Both the position numbers and the translations under genes were made by a program. Shown one piece after another: positions 17,101-27,156 of a stretch of DNA of 64,000 bases. The notes under the pieces are model-generated. The model was not told where the DNA came from, searched no databases, and saw only the letters and a list, made by a program, of their open reading frames with translations. Source of the stretch: a virus (lineage: Duplodnaviria; Caudoviricetes); the IMG/VR virus record IMGVR_UViG_3300032219_001723, positions 7,139 through 71,138 of that record; one strand, written 5' to 3'. Numbering within the stretch: the first letter of the stretch is position 1; each line of letters starts with the position of its first letter.

Positions 17101-19903
17101 GTGCTGATGTTGTTCCTGAACCATTTGTCGCCCAATCCATAAAATTCAAATCGTAGAATATCAAAGCATTGATTCCATTATTACTACATAATTGTAATAA
17201 TTGATTTTCATATACAGGATATCCTAAAATAGCTTGTTTTTGGTTAGCATAAACATTTACTTGTGCCGCAGTACCCCCCAGTGGTGTTGGAAATGTAACT
17301 GATATAGTGTTTGAGTAGTTATTTCCCCTATTGTATATGAAGGTACCAACCGCCCTTGTAGTACCGGTATCCACATTTAATATAATTCTACCACCAGTTC
17401 CACTACCACCGACAATTGTTGTTGCCGAAACAAAAGGAGTTGTATATCCACTACCAAAATTAACTAATTCAATATCCGCTAAAACACCATCATTCCTATC
17501 AATAAATGGACTAACATATAAATAATTAAGAGTATTTGCAGGTATTGATGTTGGAGTATTAGTTGGGGTATTAGTTGGGGTATTAGTTGGAGTATTAGTT
17601 GGGGTTAAGGTTCGTGTTGGAGTATTAGTATTTGTAGGTGTAGTACTTGGTGTTATAGTTCTTGTCGGTGTTATAGTTGGTGTAGATGTGGGACTAGCAC
17701 CGGGAGTTTGAGTTATCGTTGGTGTAACCGTTATTGTAGGCGTTACTGATGGAGTAATTGTCGGAGTATTTGTAGGTGTTGTTGTTGGTGTTATCGTAGG
17801 GGTTGATGTCTGAGTAGGAGTATTTGTAGGTGTTATGGTAGGGGTAACACTTGGGGTAATAGTATTTGTTGGTGTTGTAGTTGGAGTGATACTTGGAGTA
17901 ACGGTAGGTGTTATTGTTGGTGTTACAGTATTAGTTGGTGTTACGGTCTTTGTTGGCGTATTCGTAGGAGTAACACTAGGTGTTACAGGAGGTGTAGGGT
18001 CAGGAGTTCTAGTTATAGTTGGTGTAATTGTCGGAGTGATCGTAGGTGTTATCGTTGGTGTTGGGGTTGGTGTTGTAGTTGGTGTTGGGGTTTTTGTAGG
18101 TGTTATAGTAGATGTTCGTGTCGGTGTTATGGTTGGTGTTATAGTAGGAGTAATCGTTGATGTTGTTGTCGGTGTAATCGTAGGGGTTATAGTATTGGTT
18201 GGTGTCACTGATGGTGACGCAGGTGGTGAAGGGTTCGGTGTTCTAGTTGGTGTTGCTGTACGTGTAGGAGTAATCGTTGGTGTTGTTGTAGGTGTAATAC
18301 TTGGTGTAATAGTAGGTGTAACACTATTTGTCGGAGTTCTAGTCGGTGTTATAGTTGGTGTTATAGTGGCGGTTCTACTATTTGTAGGAGTTATAGTTGG
18401 ACTATTTGTTGGTGTAATAGTTGGTGTAATAGTTGGTGTTACCGTCTTAGTCGGAGTCGGTGAAGGTGATGCCGGTGGTGAAGGGGGTGGAGTTCTAGTC
18501 GGTGTTACAGTTGGAGTTCTAGTCGGTGTAACAGTTGGAGTTCTAGTCGGTGTTACTGTTGGAGTTCTAGTCGGTGTTACTGTATTTGTTGGCGTAATTG
18601 TTGGTGTTGGTGATGGACATATAATATTATTAAAAGTTAAACAAGAACTACAAAAACCAACACCATATGTATCACCAGCAATAACTGTTTTCAAATTACC
18701 ACTATTTGAATATGAACTTAAATAATAACAATTAAAGGTCCCATCGGAAAAAAACAATACCCAAACCTCACCAACAACAGGATTAGGTAAACCAATTCCC
18801 CTTGAGTCTTTCCAAAAAACACCCTCAACCGTTATCGTCTCATCCCCACAACATGAAACCCAAGTCGTATAAACTTTTGTTGGTGTTATCGTGGGTGTAA
18901 TTGTAGATGTAGTTGTCGGTGTTGGTGTTTTAGTTGTTGTTGGTGTCCTAGTTGGTGTTGGTGAAACCGGTGGTGAAGGTACTGGTGTTCTTGTGGTTGT
19001 TGGTGTGGGTGTTGGAGTTGAGGTCCTTGTTGGTGTTGGTGAAACCGCACAAGGATGTGCCTGAACACAACCAGAACCTTCAATAGGATCACTACAAACA
19101 TCGTAAAATCCTGAATGTGATATATAACCACACTGATTTTCAACAATTTCATCAGCAATAATAGTAACACAACTAGTAAAACAAGTTGTAGTCATATATG
19201 TGATGTCACCAACACTAAAAGGATTTGTACCACTTTCACCAAAAGTAATACTAAATTTAGTAAATGGTGAACAACATAATTGTATTGTTGCACTATATTG
19301 TGAGCAAGTCCTAATATCCGCAACCGCACTTTGGATAACACCTTTTGGTCCTAAATTTTGATTAGTAACGACTTTATAATACCCCGATACCGCACCACCT
19401 TCATTAAGGTTAATAACCATATAATAGAGTGTGTCTCCTACAGGATATGGGGTTCCACTCGTATCTCTTACTTGATAAAAATTAACACCACCACACTCTT
19501 GTATTTGAAAATAAACAAATGGTGATGTTGTAGGTGTTATTGTAGGTGTTGGTGTAGGGGTTTTTGTTGCCGTTGGGGTAATTGTGGGTGTTACTGTAGG
19601 TGTTGGTGTCGGACTTGGATCAACACAGGGGTGTGCTCCGGTACAACTAGCACAATCAGTATAACTAATACTACTACCGGGGGTTTCAGGTCCAACATAT
19701 GTTAATAACGTACCTACAGATGTTGGTGATATTGATACTAATCTAAAACATTTATTAAATGGTGTTCCTCCATTTGTCGTTCTAGTGTAGTAATACGATC
19801 CTATTAAATACGTTTGTCCTTGGGATTGTACCGCGTTCGGTGCTAACCAAGTGTATTGAGTATTCGTACAACAATCAACAACATTAAAAAATAAAAACGA
19901 CAT
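14120..19903 (-). CDS. Giant mucin-like protein: Cys-rich modules + long PT stalks + central glycoside-hydrolase-like domain
   Basis: 1927 aa, roughly half Pro/Thr repeats; five Cys-rich modules; non-repetitive domain at 16321-17540 containing FDSITTEIEWW. Confidence 0.7.
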   Translation of the reverse strand: MSFLFFNVVDCCTNTQYTWLAPNAVQSQGQTYLIGSYYYTRTTNGGTPFNKCFRLVSISPTSVGTLLTYVGPETPGSSISYTDCASCTGAHPCVDPSPTPTPTVTPTITPTATKTPTPTPTITPTTSPFVYFQIQECGGVNFYQVRDTSGTPYPVGDTLYYMVINLNEGGAVSGYYKVVTNQNLGPKGVIQSAVADIRTCSQYSATIQLCCSPFTKFSITFGESGTNPFSVGDITYMTTTCFTSCVTIIADEIVENQCGYISHSGFYDVCSDPIEGSGCVQAHPCAVSPTPTRTSTPTPTPTTTRTPVPSPPVSPTPTRTPTTTKTPTPTTTSTITPTITPTKVYTTWVSCCGDETITVEGVFWKDSRGIGLPNPVVGEVWVLFFSDGTFNCYYLSSYSNSGNLKTVIAGDTYGVGFCSSCLTFNNIICPSPTPTITPTNTVTPTRTPTVTPTRTPTVTPTRTPTVTPTRTPPPSPPASPSPTPTKTVTPTITPTITPTNSPTITPTNSRTATITPTITPTRTPTNSVTPTITPSITPTTTPTITPTRTATPTRTPNPSPPASPSVTPTNTITPTITPTTTSTITPTITPTITPTRTSTITPTKTPTPTTTPTPTPTITPTITPTITPTITRTPDPTPPVTPSVTPTNTPTKTVTPTNTVTPTITPTVTPSITPTTTPTNTITPSVTPTITPTNTPTQTSTPTITPTTTPTNTPTITPSVTPTITVTPTITQTPGASPTSTPTITPTRTITPSTTPTNTNTPTRTLTPTNTPTNTPTNTPTNTPTSIPANTLNYLYVSPFIDRNDGVLADIELVNFGSGYTTPFVSATTIVGGSGTGGRIILNVDTGTTRAVGTFIYNRGNNYSNTISVTFPTPLGGTAAQVNVYANQKQAILGYPVYENQLLQLCSNNGINALIFYDLNFMDWATNGSGTTSAPGKTMLKNFIEKARLSGITHISAARGWETTGNSQTQINQIRDYHSWATTSGFTNGYFDSITTEIEWWTTSDRAVFDSVVYGVNYAKSTLTSPSVQVNVYLGKGNYYYGTDPTSLASNVDKWFVSTYMSSSRASIVGELYTDTRGDSSGLYRMKNIATAYTPTSKTKVLPIYSVESKLAQWNRNGGFNGVNYNSVDPDASEDFMGTYFTGNTVSTSWNSWVGNQSYPTNGSFYTETDTEIRNNINVEGVVIFFSKLFDISRITPTVTPTITPTNTITPTNTVTPTITPTITRTPNPSPPASPSVTPTRTVTPTITPTITSTVTPTITPTRTLGVSPTPTNTTTPSNTVTPTNTVTPTITSTPTSTITPTITRTPDPTPPSTKTPTPTITPTKTVTPTVTNICFSNFDLVINRVSCFSDFNLSINRVSCFSDFTLQITRGPLETPTPTPTITVSRSPGSSPDPTPTPTATPTITATITPTNTPTNTVTPTITPTNTATPTITPTITPTNTPTNTITPTVTRTQTPTTTPTRTSTQTVTPTNTVTPTVTRSPGSSPDPTSSPTPTPTVTRTVTPTITPTNTPTTTPTITPTTTITPTSTITPTVTPTTNYMTFSACCDSSTIFSLTNNGTFNINTVYVIYSNNFSGCARSYSTTLSSNLYTLITSTISFVNSCSYCTSALYPCPIPSPTPTPTTTITPTITPTRTVTPTVTPTNTITVTPTNTITPTNSVTPTNTPTITSTITPTNSITPTRTASVTPTNTVTPTRTVSVTPTNTVTPTITPTITPTNTPTNTQTPTRTSTVTPTNTPTITPTITRTASPTPGLSPTPTLTITPTIPFRYVPFPPTSLSLFSIRGIVGTSNTQMDDMFDEILSGVTNVVVSELKLNLSRPRSIAFFRGMANSATGYNLYRFGYNPTSVLVAKNNFENDLITKDETDCRNFWVTGTLDSENITQLYRDQNLNANAGYYYACISGSSTSKGFYWNGSSVVGSYSGFSC
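15791..15901. repeat. 36-nt / 12-aa repeat x3 (CFSxFxLxIxRVS)
   Basis: CFSNFDLVINRVS-CFSDFNLSINRVS-CFSDFTLQITR. Confidence 0.9.
17550..17604. repeat. 12-nt tandem repeat x4.5 (encodes TPTN)
   Basis: gttggRgtatta units. Confidence 0.9.
18489..18582. repeat. 24-nt tandem repeat x4 (encodes TPTRTPTV)
   Basis: ggagttctagtcggtgtWacWgtt units. Confidence 0.9.
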
Positions 19904-19918
19904 TTATCAGTACCCCCT

Positions 19919-22900
19919 TTATTTATTATCTATCATCAACTTCAATTCTTTCACAGACTCAATCAATAAAGATATTAAGTTTCCATAGGCAACTGATTTC
20001 ATACCATCTAAATTTTCATAAACAACTTCGGGTAAAACTTTTTCAACCTCTTGTGCAATAACACCAGCCATTCTTCTTCCTTTTTCAACATCCAACCTTT
20101 CAAAAGTAACACCATTAAGTTTCATTACTTTTTCTAATGCGTTTTCAATCTTTTCTATTTTTGTCTTAACTCTTTCATCAGAAAACGCAACGATATCGGT
20201 TTGAGCCCAAATTGAGGTTCCACTATTTGCCGGATCATAAACTTCAAAAACACCATTACCACTCCAACTTGTTGTGTTGATACCTAATGTGTGATAAGAT
20301 CTACTTGTTGATGCTGAGAACGTACCATATAACATAGGGGTTCCTGAGAAGTTTGCCAACCAAAATACAGAATTAATACTAGCTAAAGGTCCCGCGTAGT
20401 TACCAATAATTACGTTATTATCACTATTTGAATTATATTCACCTGAAAAAGTATTTCTACCTATGAGTATATTATTATTAGATGGTCCTGAATTACCTAA
20501 ATTATAACCAGAATTATAACCAATAACAGTATTACCACTTGATCCAACTGCTCGGTACATTGAGTTAATACCCATAACCGTATTATATTTAGAATCATCA
20601 ATATAATACATTGAATCGTGACCTATCGCCACGTTATTAGTTGACCCTGAACTTGAGCTATAGAAAACCCTATTACCTAACCCAACATTACCATTATCAC
20701 CCTTAAATTCACCACCAAAATTACCAATATAAATATTTTCAGATGATGATGTCATAGTTGACCTAACTTGAGAACCTATAATAATACTATTATTAAATTC
20801 AGTTATTACATTACCACCCACATTATTTCCTATAATCAATGAGTCCCTAACGGTGTTAGTTATACCTGACAATACATTATTACCAATCATCAGGACATCA
20901 TATACACTTAGATTTCTATAGTCAGTATTAAGGGTTGTTAAAATATCATTACCAATAGTTAAGAAATTATAGGTTGAAATTACATTAGATAATACATTAT
21001 TACCAATTGATGTCACACCATTTATTATAGTATTGACATTCGTATAACTTTCGTGTCCAATAATAACAGAATCATTATTCTCAGTAGCATTTCTTAAAAT
21101 ATTATTACCTATAGTTATTGCATTGATCGATCCTTCACCACCACCACTATTTAAGTTACCTATGTTAATCACATTATCCAAGGTACCCGAACCACCATTA
21201 TTAAAATTATTTCCTATATTAATAATTTCACTCAAATTTGGAGAACTTAACGAGTTTGAACCTATCGTAATAATTTCAACAGGTTCACCAATTCCTGACA
21301 AATTACTATTACCAATAACAACGTTATTATTTGATGAAAATGCAGCAGGACTATTTGACGATCCCAATATAACATCATTAGTTGAACTTGAGTTTTCTAA
21401 AAATTGTGTCCCTCCTAAAATAATACTATTAGAACCTGATGATAAGTTTTTACCTGTATTATTACCAATTAAAATCATTTCACCACCAAGTGTTGTTGCT
21501 GTTGTAGCAATATTATTACCTAATATAACATTGTTATTACCAATAGTTGTGACGTTATTTAATGAAGTGTTAGCAAGTATGATATTATTATTAGAACCAT
21601 TACTTAAATCATCCAACAAATAAGAACCAAGTATTATATTATTTTCAACCGCAGAACTAAAATTAGTTTTTAATATTTCACTACCAATAATTAAATTGGT
21701 ATTTGAATTGCCGGTTAACCCTAAACCAATTTGATTACCAATAAAAACATTTCGTGTTAATGACGGATTTAATGTACCACCGACAGTATTACCAATTAAA
21801 ACAGTAGGATTAGCACTACCTTTATCAAACGTAATCTTTGGACTGTTATTGTAATTTATAGTATTAGTTGTACTTGTGAAATATAAATTACCTCTAATAC
21901 TAACATCACCATTAACATCAAACTTACGACCAGGAACCGTACCGACTCCAATATTACCACTATTTTGTTGAATTACGGAATCACCTAATGATGTTGTCGC
22001 AGTCCATAAAGGAACAAAGTTTATTGTTCCCGCACCACCTGTTGTTCCTGTAGGTAAACCAGTAATATTAGATAATGAACCACTACCACTTAATGTGATA
22101 ACACCATTTGAATATGACCCTCCTGTTGCAGCATTTATTGTAACCGCAGTTGATGATCCCAAATTATTTCTCAGAGTTAATGTATTCCCCGTTGAGGTAA
22201 CCCCACTTAAGTATGACCAAGTTTGATTTACCGCAACCGGTGATGAGTTTGCAACCCCTAAAAATAAAGTTCCCGTAGATGCCGTATAAGTCACACCCGT
22301 TAAAGTACCCGAACTACTTGTTCCTGCCGTAATTCCACTAATAGTTCCTAACACACCACTACCTAACAAGGTAATAACACCTGTGTTTGAATTATAGGTT
22401 CCACCCGTCGCGGCATTTATTGTTCCAACAGTAACTTCAGGTTGTAGTGTGAAATTATTTTTAGTTTTAATTATATTATTAGTTAATGTAACTGCGGTAA
22501 TATAATCAAACGCATCTGTCACATTATAAGAATACGAGTCAGGACCATTTAATTGTAAAATACCTATACCTGAGTTATATGTGGCACCTGTGACCATATT
22601 TTGTGTCACACCTGTTCTAAAACTTAAAAACCCGTTTGAATCACTGACAATAAATCTTGTTAATGATTGAGTATTTGATAGGCCATTTATCGTTACTGAG
22701 GATAATGAAACAGAACCTCCGGTAAATGATATTGTATTACCATTAAGATTTACTCTCCTATTTTCACTTAACGTTCCATTTGAATTGTATAATGTTGATG
22801 ATGATATACTTAATTGTGTTGTTGAATTAAATAGAACACTCGTACCATTAAAACCACTAACAGTTATTGGATAATTCGTTGCACCGACACTATATCTGAT

Positions 22901-24370
22901 AACCGGATTTATACCACCATTATCATTAGATAATGTAAAATTAGTATCAAATGTTAAACCTGTAAAATATCTAACAGTAGGATCTGTAGGTGTTGTAAAT
23001 AAAAATCTTGAGGTCTGATTAGGTGTTCCAATTGATGGTGTAATTCTTAGTGATGCATTAGTTCCCGTAATAGACACAGGACCACCACTTAATGATAAAT
23101 TATTATTATTAAGATTTACATTCCTACTTGACGATAATGTTCCATCTGATGTGTATAATGTTTGTGTAGATATTGTTAATCCAGTAGAACTACTTCTAAC
23201 AACGGTAACCCCACTTGTACCACTTATACTAACCGCCGAAGTGGTTCCGCTATTTCCTGAATAAGTAATATTCGTAGTATTAACAGGCACTGTTAAAGTG
23301 AAAGATTCAGTGTTTATATTGTTTATAAATTTAACAAATCCACTATCGTCTATAACTAGTATCTTATTAGATGTAGATCCAATGCTAACACCACTAATCC
23401 TTAGAGGATTTGTTGTTGCTGAAACAAATAAAGGTGTAGTATTATTTATAAATGAAGTTTGATTACCACTAAAATTTAAGGTATATGGTCCTAAAGTAAC
23501 ATTTCTATTAGACGTTAATGATCCATCAGAATTGTATATATTAACACCACCAGATGACGCACCTGTGAATTTAACAGTACCATCACTATCAATGGTTAAA
23601 TAATTAACACCACCCTGTGTTATTCCTGAAAGTTTTATTGGACTATCTCCTGAAAATATTGTTTGTCCCCCACTAAATGTTAGAGTATATCCTGAAAGAT
23701 TTACACTTCTATTTGAATATAGAGATCCGTTTGAATTGTAAAAATTAGTAACTCCTGTAATTTGTACCGTATTACCCGAATTTGAAAATAGGTTAAGGGT
23801 TGCCGAGCTTACACTATATGATCCACCCGTTACTTGCCAATCGGTACCCCAAAATATTCTCCATCTTGCATTTTCTCGAGTTACACCATTGTAACCTTCA
23901 ATTGTTGATCCTGTCCACGCACTTATAAAATTCAAACCAGCCGAACTATTACCGTTAACTGTTGTTTGATATTGACTAATAGATATGGTACCCGTAGATG
24001 CTGTAGCCGCATCCCAAAGAGAATCATAATTAGGTATGGTATATTGATATACCGTATCATTTTCATATACGTAAACTAACATACCTAATCTTCGTCTACC
24101 CGAAGATATATTATCAGAATTTAATGTTAATACAGGTGGTATAGGACCTAGTGGTAATTTAAATTGTATAGGTATTGTATTACCAGAATATTCTACAGTA
24201 CTACCCGCAGATCCAACTAACGAATATTCTAAGTCTGAAAGTCTATATACTTCCATATACCCACCAATATTACTAACACTAAATGTCCCACCGAAAACCG
24301 CAGTTCTTGCAACTGTTTCAGCACCTGTTAATTGTGCGGATGTAATTGGATTTATATAATTTAAACTCAT
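19919..24370 (-). CDS. Tail fibre/spike with C-terminal intramolecular chaperone (Peptidase S74-like)
   Basis: 1483 aa. C-terminal SDERVKTKI...GVIAQEVEKVLPEVV...VAYGNLISLLIESVKEL; N..IG Asn-ladder repeats at 20390-21810; GNIGVGT...FDVNG shaft motif. Confidence 0.85.
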   Translation of the reverse strand: MSLNYINPITSAQLTGAETVARTAVFGGTFSVSNIGGYMEVYRLSDLEYSLVGSAGSTVEYSGNTIPIQFKLPLGPIPPVLTLNSDNISSGRRRLGMLVYVYENDTVYQYTIPNYDSLWDAATASTGTISISQYQTTVNGNSSAGLNFISAWTGSTIEGYNGVTRENARWRIFWGTDWQVTGGSYSVSSATLNLFSNSGNTVQITGVTNFYNSNGSLYSNRSVNLSGYTLTFSGGQTIFSGDSPIKLSGITQGGVNYLTIDSDGTVKFTGASSGGVNIYNSDGSLTSNRNVTLGPYTLNFSGNQTSFINNTTPLFVSATTNPLRISGVSIGSTSNKILVIDDSGFVKFINNINTESFTLTVPVNTTNITYSGNSGTTSAVSISGTSGVTVVRSSSTGLTISTQTLYTSDGTLSSSRNVNLNNNNLSLSGGPVSITGTNASLRITPSIGTPNQTSRFLFTTPTDPTVRYFTGLTFDTNFTLSNDNGGINPVIRYSVGATNYPITVSGFNGTSVLFNSTTQLSISSSTLYNSNGTLSENRRVNLNGNTISFTGGSVSLSSVTINGLSNTQSLTRFIVSDSNGFLSFRTGVTQNMVTGATYNSGIGILQLNGPDSYSYNVTDAFDYITAVTLTNNIIKTKNNFTLQPEVTVGTINAATGGTYNSNTGVITLLGSGVLGTISGITAGTSSSGTLTGVTYTASTGTLFLGVANSSPVAVNQTWSYLSGVTSTGNTLTLRNNLGSSTAVTINAATGGSYSNGVITLSGSGSLSNITGLPTGTTGGAGTINFVPLWTATTSLGDSVIQQNSGNIGVGTVPGRKFDVNGDVSIRGNLYFTSTTNTINYNNSPKITFDKGSANPTVLIGNTVGGTLNPSLTRNVFIGNQIGLGLTGNSNTNLIIGSEILKTNFSSAVENNIILGSYLLDDLSNGSNNNIILANTSLNNVTTIGNNNVILGNNIATTATTLGGEMILIGNNTGKNLSSGSNSIILGGTQFLENSSSTNDVILGSSNSPAAFSSNNNVVIGNSNLSGIGEPVEIITIGSNSLSSPNLSEIINIGNNFNNGGSGTLDNVINIGNLNSGGGEGSINAITIGNNILRNATENNDSVIIGHESYTNVNTIINGVTSIGNNVLSNVISTYNFLTIGNDILTTLNTDYRNLSVYDVLMIGNNVLSGITNTVRDSLIIGNNVGGNVITEFNNSIIIGSQVRSTMTSSSENIYIGNFGGEFKGDNGNVGLGNRVFYSSSSGSTNNVAIGHDSMYYIDDSKYNTVMGINSMYRAVGSSGNTVIGYNSGYNLGNSGPSNNNILIGRNTFSGEYNSNSDNNVIIGNYAGPLASINSVFWLANFSGTPMLYGTFSASTSRSYHTLGINTTSWSGNGVFEVYDPANSGTSIWAQTDIVAFSDERVKTKIEKIENALEKVMKLNGVTFERLDVEKGRRMAGVIAQEVEKVLPEVVYENLDGMKSVAYGNLISLLIESVKELKLMIDNK

Positions 24371-26670
24371 AATAATCTTTAAGTTTTAGAAATACCTCTA
24401 AAATAAATAGAGGATGATCTTGGTGGTGAGGTCGGTAATGCGAAATTTGTACCAACACCACCGGTAGAATATACATAATACACACCATCAGGGATTGATG
24501 CTGATCCTGAATTTATAGTTATTTCCTGAACTATCAACCCACTATCAACCGTTGATATAACATCAGTACTACAAGGAACTGATGGGAAACTAACACCAAC
24601 TTGAGCACTTGAGATTGAACCTCCTACCGCGTTTTTAGGTACCCATATAGTATATACATATGTTATATTAGTATTTCCAACACCTGTTGGTACTTCAACC
24701 GTGTAAAATGAATATCTAGGAACAGAACATCCATTATTATCTGTACAACCACCAACCAGTTGACAAATCTGAGTCTGAATTGGTTGTATGAAATTTCCAC
24801 TACCATTAACAAACCCAGAATACTCAGCATATGATGATAAATTATTTGAATAATTACTTGATGGAACATTACTAATATTAAATCCAAACCAATCCAAACC
24901 TAAACCATTCATATAATTGTACATATCTAACGCAGATGTTGAATCTGTAGGCTCACCAAAAACATAAGCGTATTGAAGTGTTGGTGGCGTTTGAGTAACT
25001 GTAGGTGTTACTGTTGGTGTTCTAGTCGGATCCGGTGAAGCACCAGGTGTTTTAGTAACAGTACGTGTAGGTGTTGGTGATTTTGTTAATGTTGGTGTAA
25101 CACTATTAGTTGGTGTTACTGTTGGAGTAATAGTTGGTGTTACTGTTGGTGTAGTAGTTGGTGTAGTAGTTGGTGCTATGGATGGCGTTATTGATGGTGT
25201 TGGTGTCATTGTTCTGGTTACTGTAGGTGTTACAGTATTTGTGGGTGTAATTGTTGGTGTAGGACTATTTGTTGGTGTTGGAAATAACACTACTTGAAAA
25301 GTTCCTCCGATGTTGTTTGTAAAGGTTAATGTACCATCGTTGTAAGTACCACCGGTAACCCTAACGTCTAACTGATGTCTAACAACACCACCATCATCAA
25401 TAGTAAGATATTTTGTATTACCCGTTGACTCAATAACATTTTTAAGTATTATGGGATCCTGTGTTTGCGCCGAAATAGTAACACCAGAACTCTGTGATAT
25501 GAAATTTAATTTATTACCTGAAGTAATATTAACATTTCTATCACTACTAATAGTTCCATCAGAATTATACAAAGTTTGAGAACTAATACTAAGTCCTGAA
25601 GAGTTTATAAAATTAATATTAGTACCACTAACCCCACTGAAAAGTAATGGGTAAATTGTAGTACCTACAGAATATTTTAGAACAGGATTTATACCACCGT
25701 TATCATTTGACAATAAAAAATTAGTAGATAGTGTAACACCTGTGGCGTATTTAACAGTTCTTGTCGGATCAGAAGGATTAACAAATAATATTCTAGATGT
25801 ACTATTTGGTACATCAAAATCAGGATTTACTCTTAGTGATGAATTACTACCTGTTATTGATACTGCACCACCATTTAATATTAAAATATTACCATTTAGG
25901 TTTACATTCCTATTTGATAAAAGTGTTCCGTCTGATGTATATAATGTTTGTGCGGATATTGTTAATCCAGTAGAACTACTTCTAAAAACGGTAACCCCAC
26001 TTGTACCACTTAGATTAACAGATGATGTCGTCCCACTATTCCCTGAATAAGTGATATTCGTAGTATTAACAGGTACTGTTAGAATAAACGATTCCGTACT
26101 TATGCTGTTAATGAATTTTACAAAACCACTATCATCAATGACTAATATTTTATTTGAAGATGATCCAATGCTAACACCACTAATCCTTAGAGGATTTGTT
26201 GTTGCGGAAACAAATAAAGGTGTTGTATTACTAACAAAGGACGTTTGATTACCACTAAAATTTAATGTAAAAGAACCTAAACTAACATTCCTGTTAGATG
26301 TTAATGATCCATCTGAGTTGTAAATGTTTACACTACCACCTGGAGTAACTCCGGTAAATCTTACAATACCACTACTATCTATGGTTAGATAATTACCACC
26401 CCCTTGAGATAACCCCGATATAACAACGGGATTACTTCCTGAAAATATTGTTTGTCCTCCGCTAAACGTTAGAGTATATCCTGAAAGATTTACACTTCTG
26501 TTTGAATACAAAGACCCATTTGAATTGTAAAAATTAGTAACACCCGTAATTTGGACGGTATTACCTGAATTTGAGAACAAATTAAGGGTTGCAGAACTTA
26601 CAGTATATGATCCGCCTGTAACTTGCCAATCAGTTCCCCAAAATATTCTCCATCTTGCATTATCTCTAGT
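22755..26670. repeat. Dispersed ~1.1 kb direct duplication (22755-23880 vs 25535-26670)
   Basis: Near-identical protein with mostly third-position differences; one exact 44-nt block (gatccaatgctaacacc...). Confidence 0.9.
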
Positions 26671-27156
26671 TACACCACTTTGTCCCTCAACTGTTGACGC
26701 GGTCCAAGAATTGACCAATAAAGTACCATTGGGGTTTGATGGTGATGATGTTACAATGTAATATGGTGCAGAAAACTGTATAGACCCTTCGTTTTCCGCA
26801 TTATTCCACAACGTTTCATAATTAGGGACTACAAATTGATAAACCTGATCTGTTTGATGTACATAAACTAATTGACCAATTCTTCTTCTACCACTTGATA
26901 CACCATCACTCCAAAGATACGCTTGTACATTACCATTAACTTGTTTATTGATGTATGGTGGTATAGTGTTTGCCGATAACTGAACAAACCCTGATGAAGA
27001 CGATGCACTAAAATTTAGATCAGAAACTGACCAAACTTCCATATAACCACCAATATTATAAACACTAAAATTAGTACCTAACGGATTTGTTAAGGTACCA
27101 ATACTTTCAGGTATTGTGATTACGGAAGCACCTATTGGATTTCTATAATTAAACAT
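24379..27156 (-). CDS. Fibre paralog: shared N-domain + LYNSDG repeats + PT linker + shared C-domain
   Basis: 925 aa. GGYMEV...[14 protein letters not shown]-domain and AYVFGEP...YSGF...YTIWVP C-domain. Confidence 0.7.
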   Translation of the reverse strand: MFNYRNPIGASVITIPESIGTLTNPLGTNFSVYNIGGYMEVWSVSDLNFSASSSSGFVQLSANTIPPYINKQVNGNVQAYLWSDGVSSGRRRIGQLVYVHQTDQVYQFVVPNYETLWNNAENEGSIQFSAPYYIVTSSPSNPNGTLLVNSWTASTVEGQSGVTRDNARWRIFWGTDWQVTGGSYTVSSATLNLFSNSGNTVQITGVTNFYNSNGSLYSNRSVNLSGYTLTFSGGQTIFSGSNPVVISGLSQGGGNYLTIDSSGIVRFTGVTPGGSVNIYNSDGSLTSNRNVSLGSFTLNFSGNQTSFVSNTTPLFVSATTNPLRISGVSIGSSSNKILVIDDSGFVKFINSISTESFILTVPVNTTNITYSGNSGTTSSVNLSGTSGVTVFRSSSTGLTISAQTLYTSDGTLLSNRNVNLNGNILILNGGAVSITGSNSSLRVNPDFDVPNSTSRILFVNPSDPTRTVKYATGVTLSTNFLLSNDNGGINPVLKYSVGTTIYPLLFSGVSGTNINFINSSGLSISSQTLYNSDGTISSDRNVNITSGNKLNFISQSSGVTISAQTQDPIILKNVIESTGNTKYLTIDDGGVVRHQLDVRVTGGTYNDGTLTFTNNIGGTFQVVLFPTPTNSPTPTITPTNTVTPTVTRTMTPTPSITPSIAPTTTPTTTPTVTPTITPTVTPTNSVTPTLTKSPTPTRTVTKTPGASPDPTRTPTVTPTVTQTPPTLQYAYVFGEPTDSTSALDMYNYMNGLGLDWFGFNISNVPSSNYSNNLSSYAEYSGFVNGSGNFIQPIQTQICQLVGGCTDNNGCSVPRYSFYTVEVPTGVGNTNITYVYTIWVPKNAVGGSISSAQVGVSFPSVPCSTDVISTVDSGLIVQEITINSGSASIPDGVYYVYSTGGVGTNFALPTSPPRSSSIYFRGISKT

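Noticed and set aside
14526-18725. Long + strand ORFs encoding (VGV)n hydrophobic polypeptides (14526-15071, 15579-16409, 17835-18725; also 12755-13087 and 27706-28056)
   Set aside because: Forced by the sense strand: Thr (AC) and Pro (CC) give antisense GTN/GGN codons, and stops arise only opposite Tyr/His/Gln, which PT runs lack. These are shadow ORFs with no promoter or RBS support.
14600-19620. CRISPR-like periodicity
   Set aside because: The periodicity is coding PT repeats; there is no constant repeat with unique spacers, leader or cas operon. The Cas4-like nuclease is a common stand-alone phage gene.
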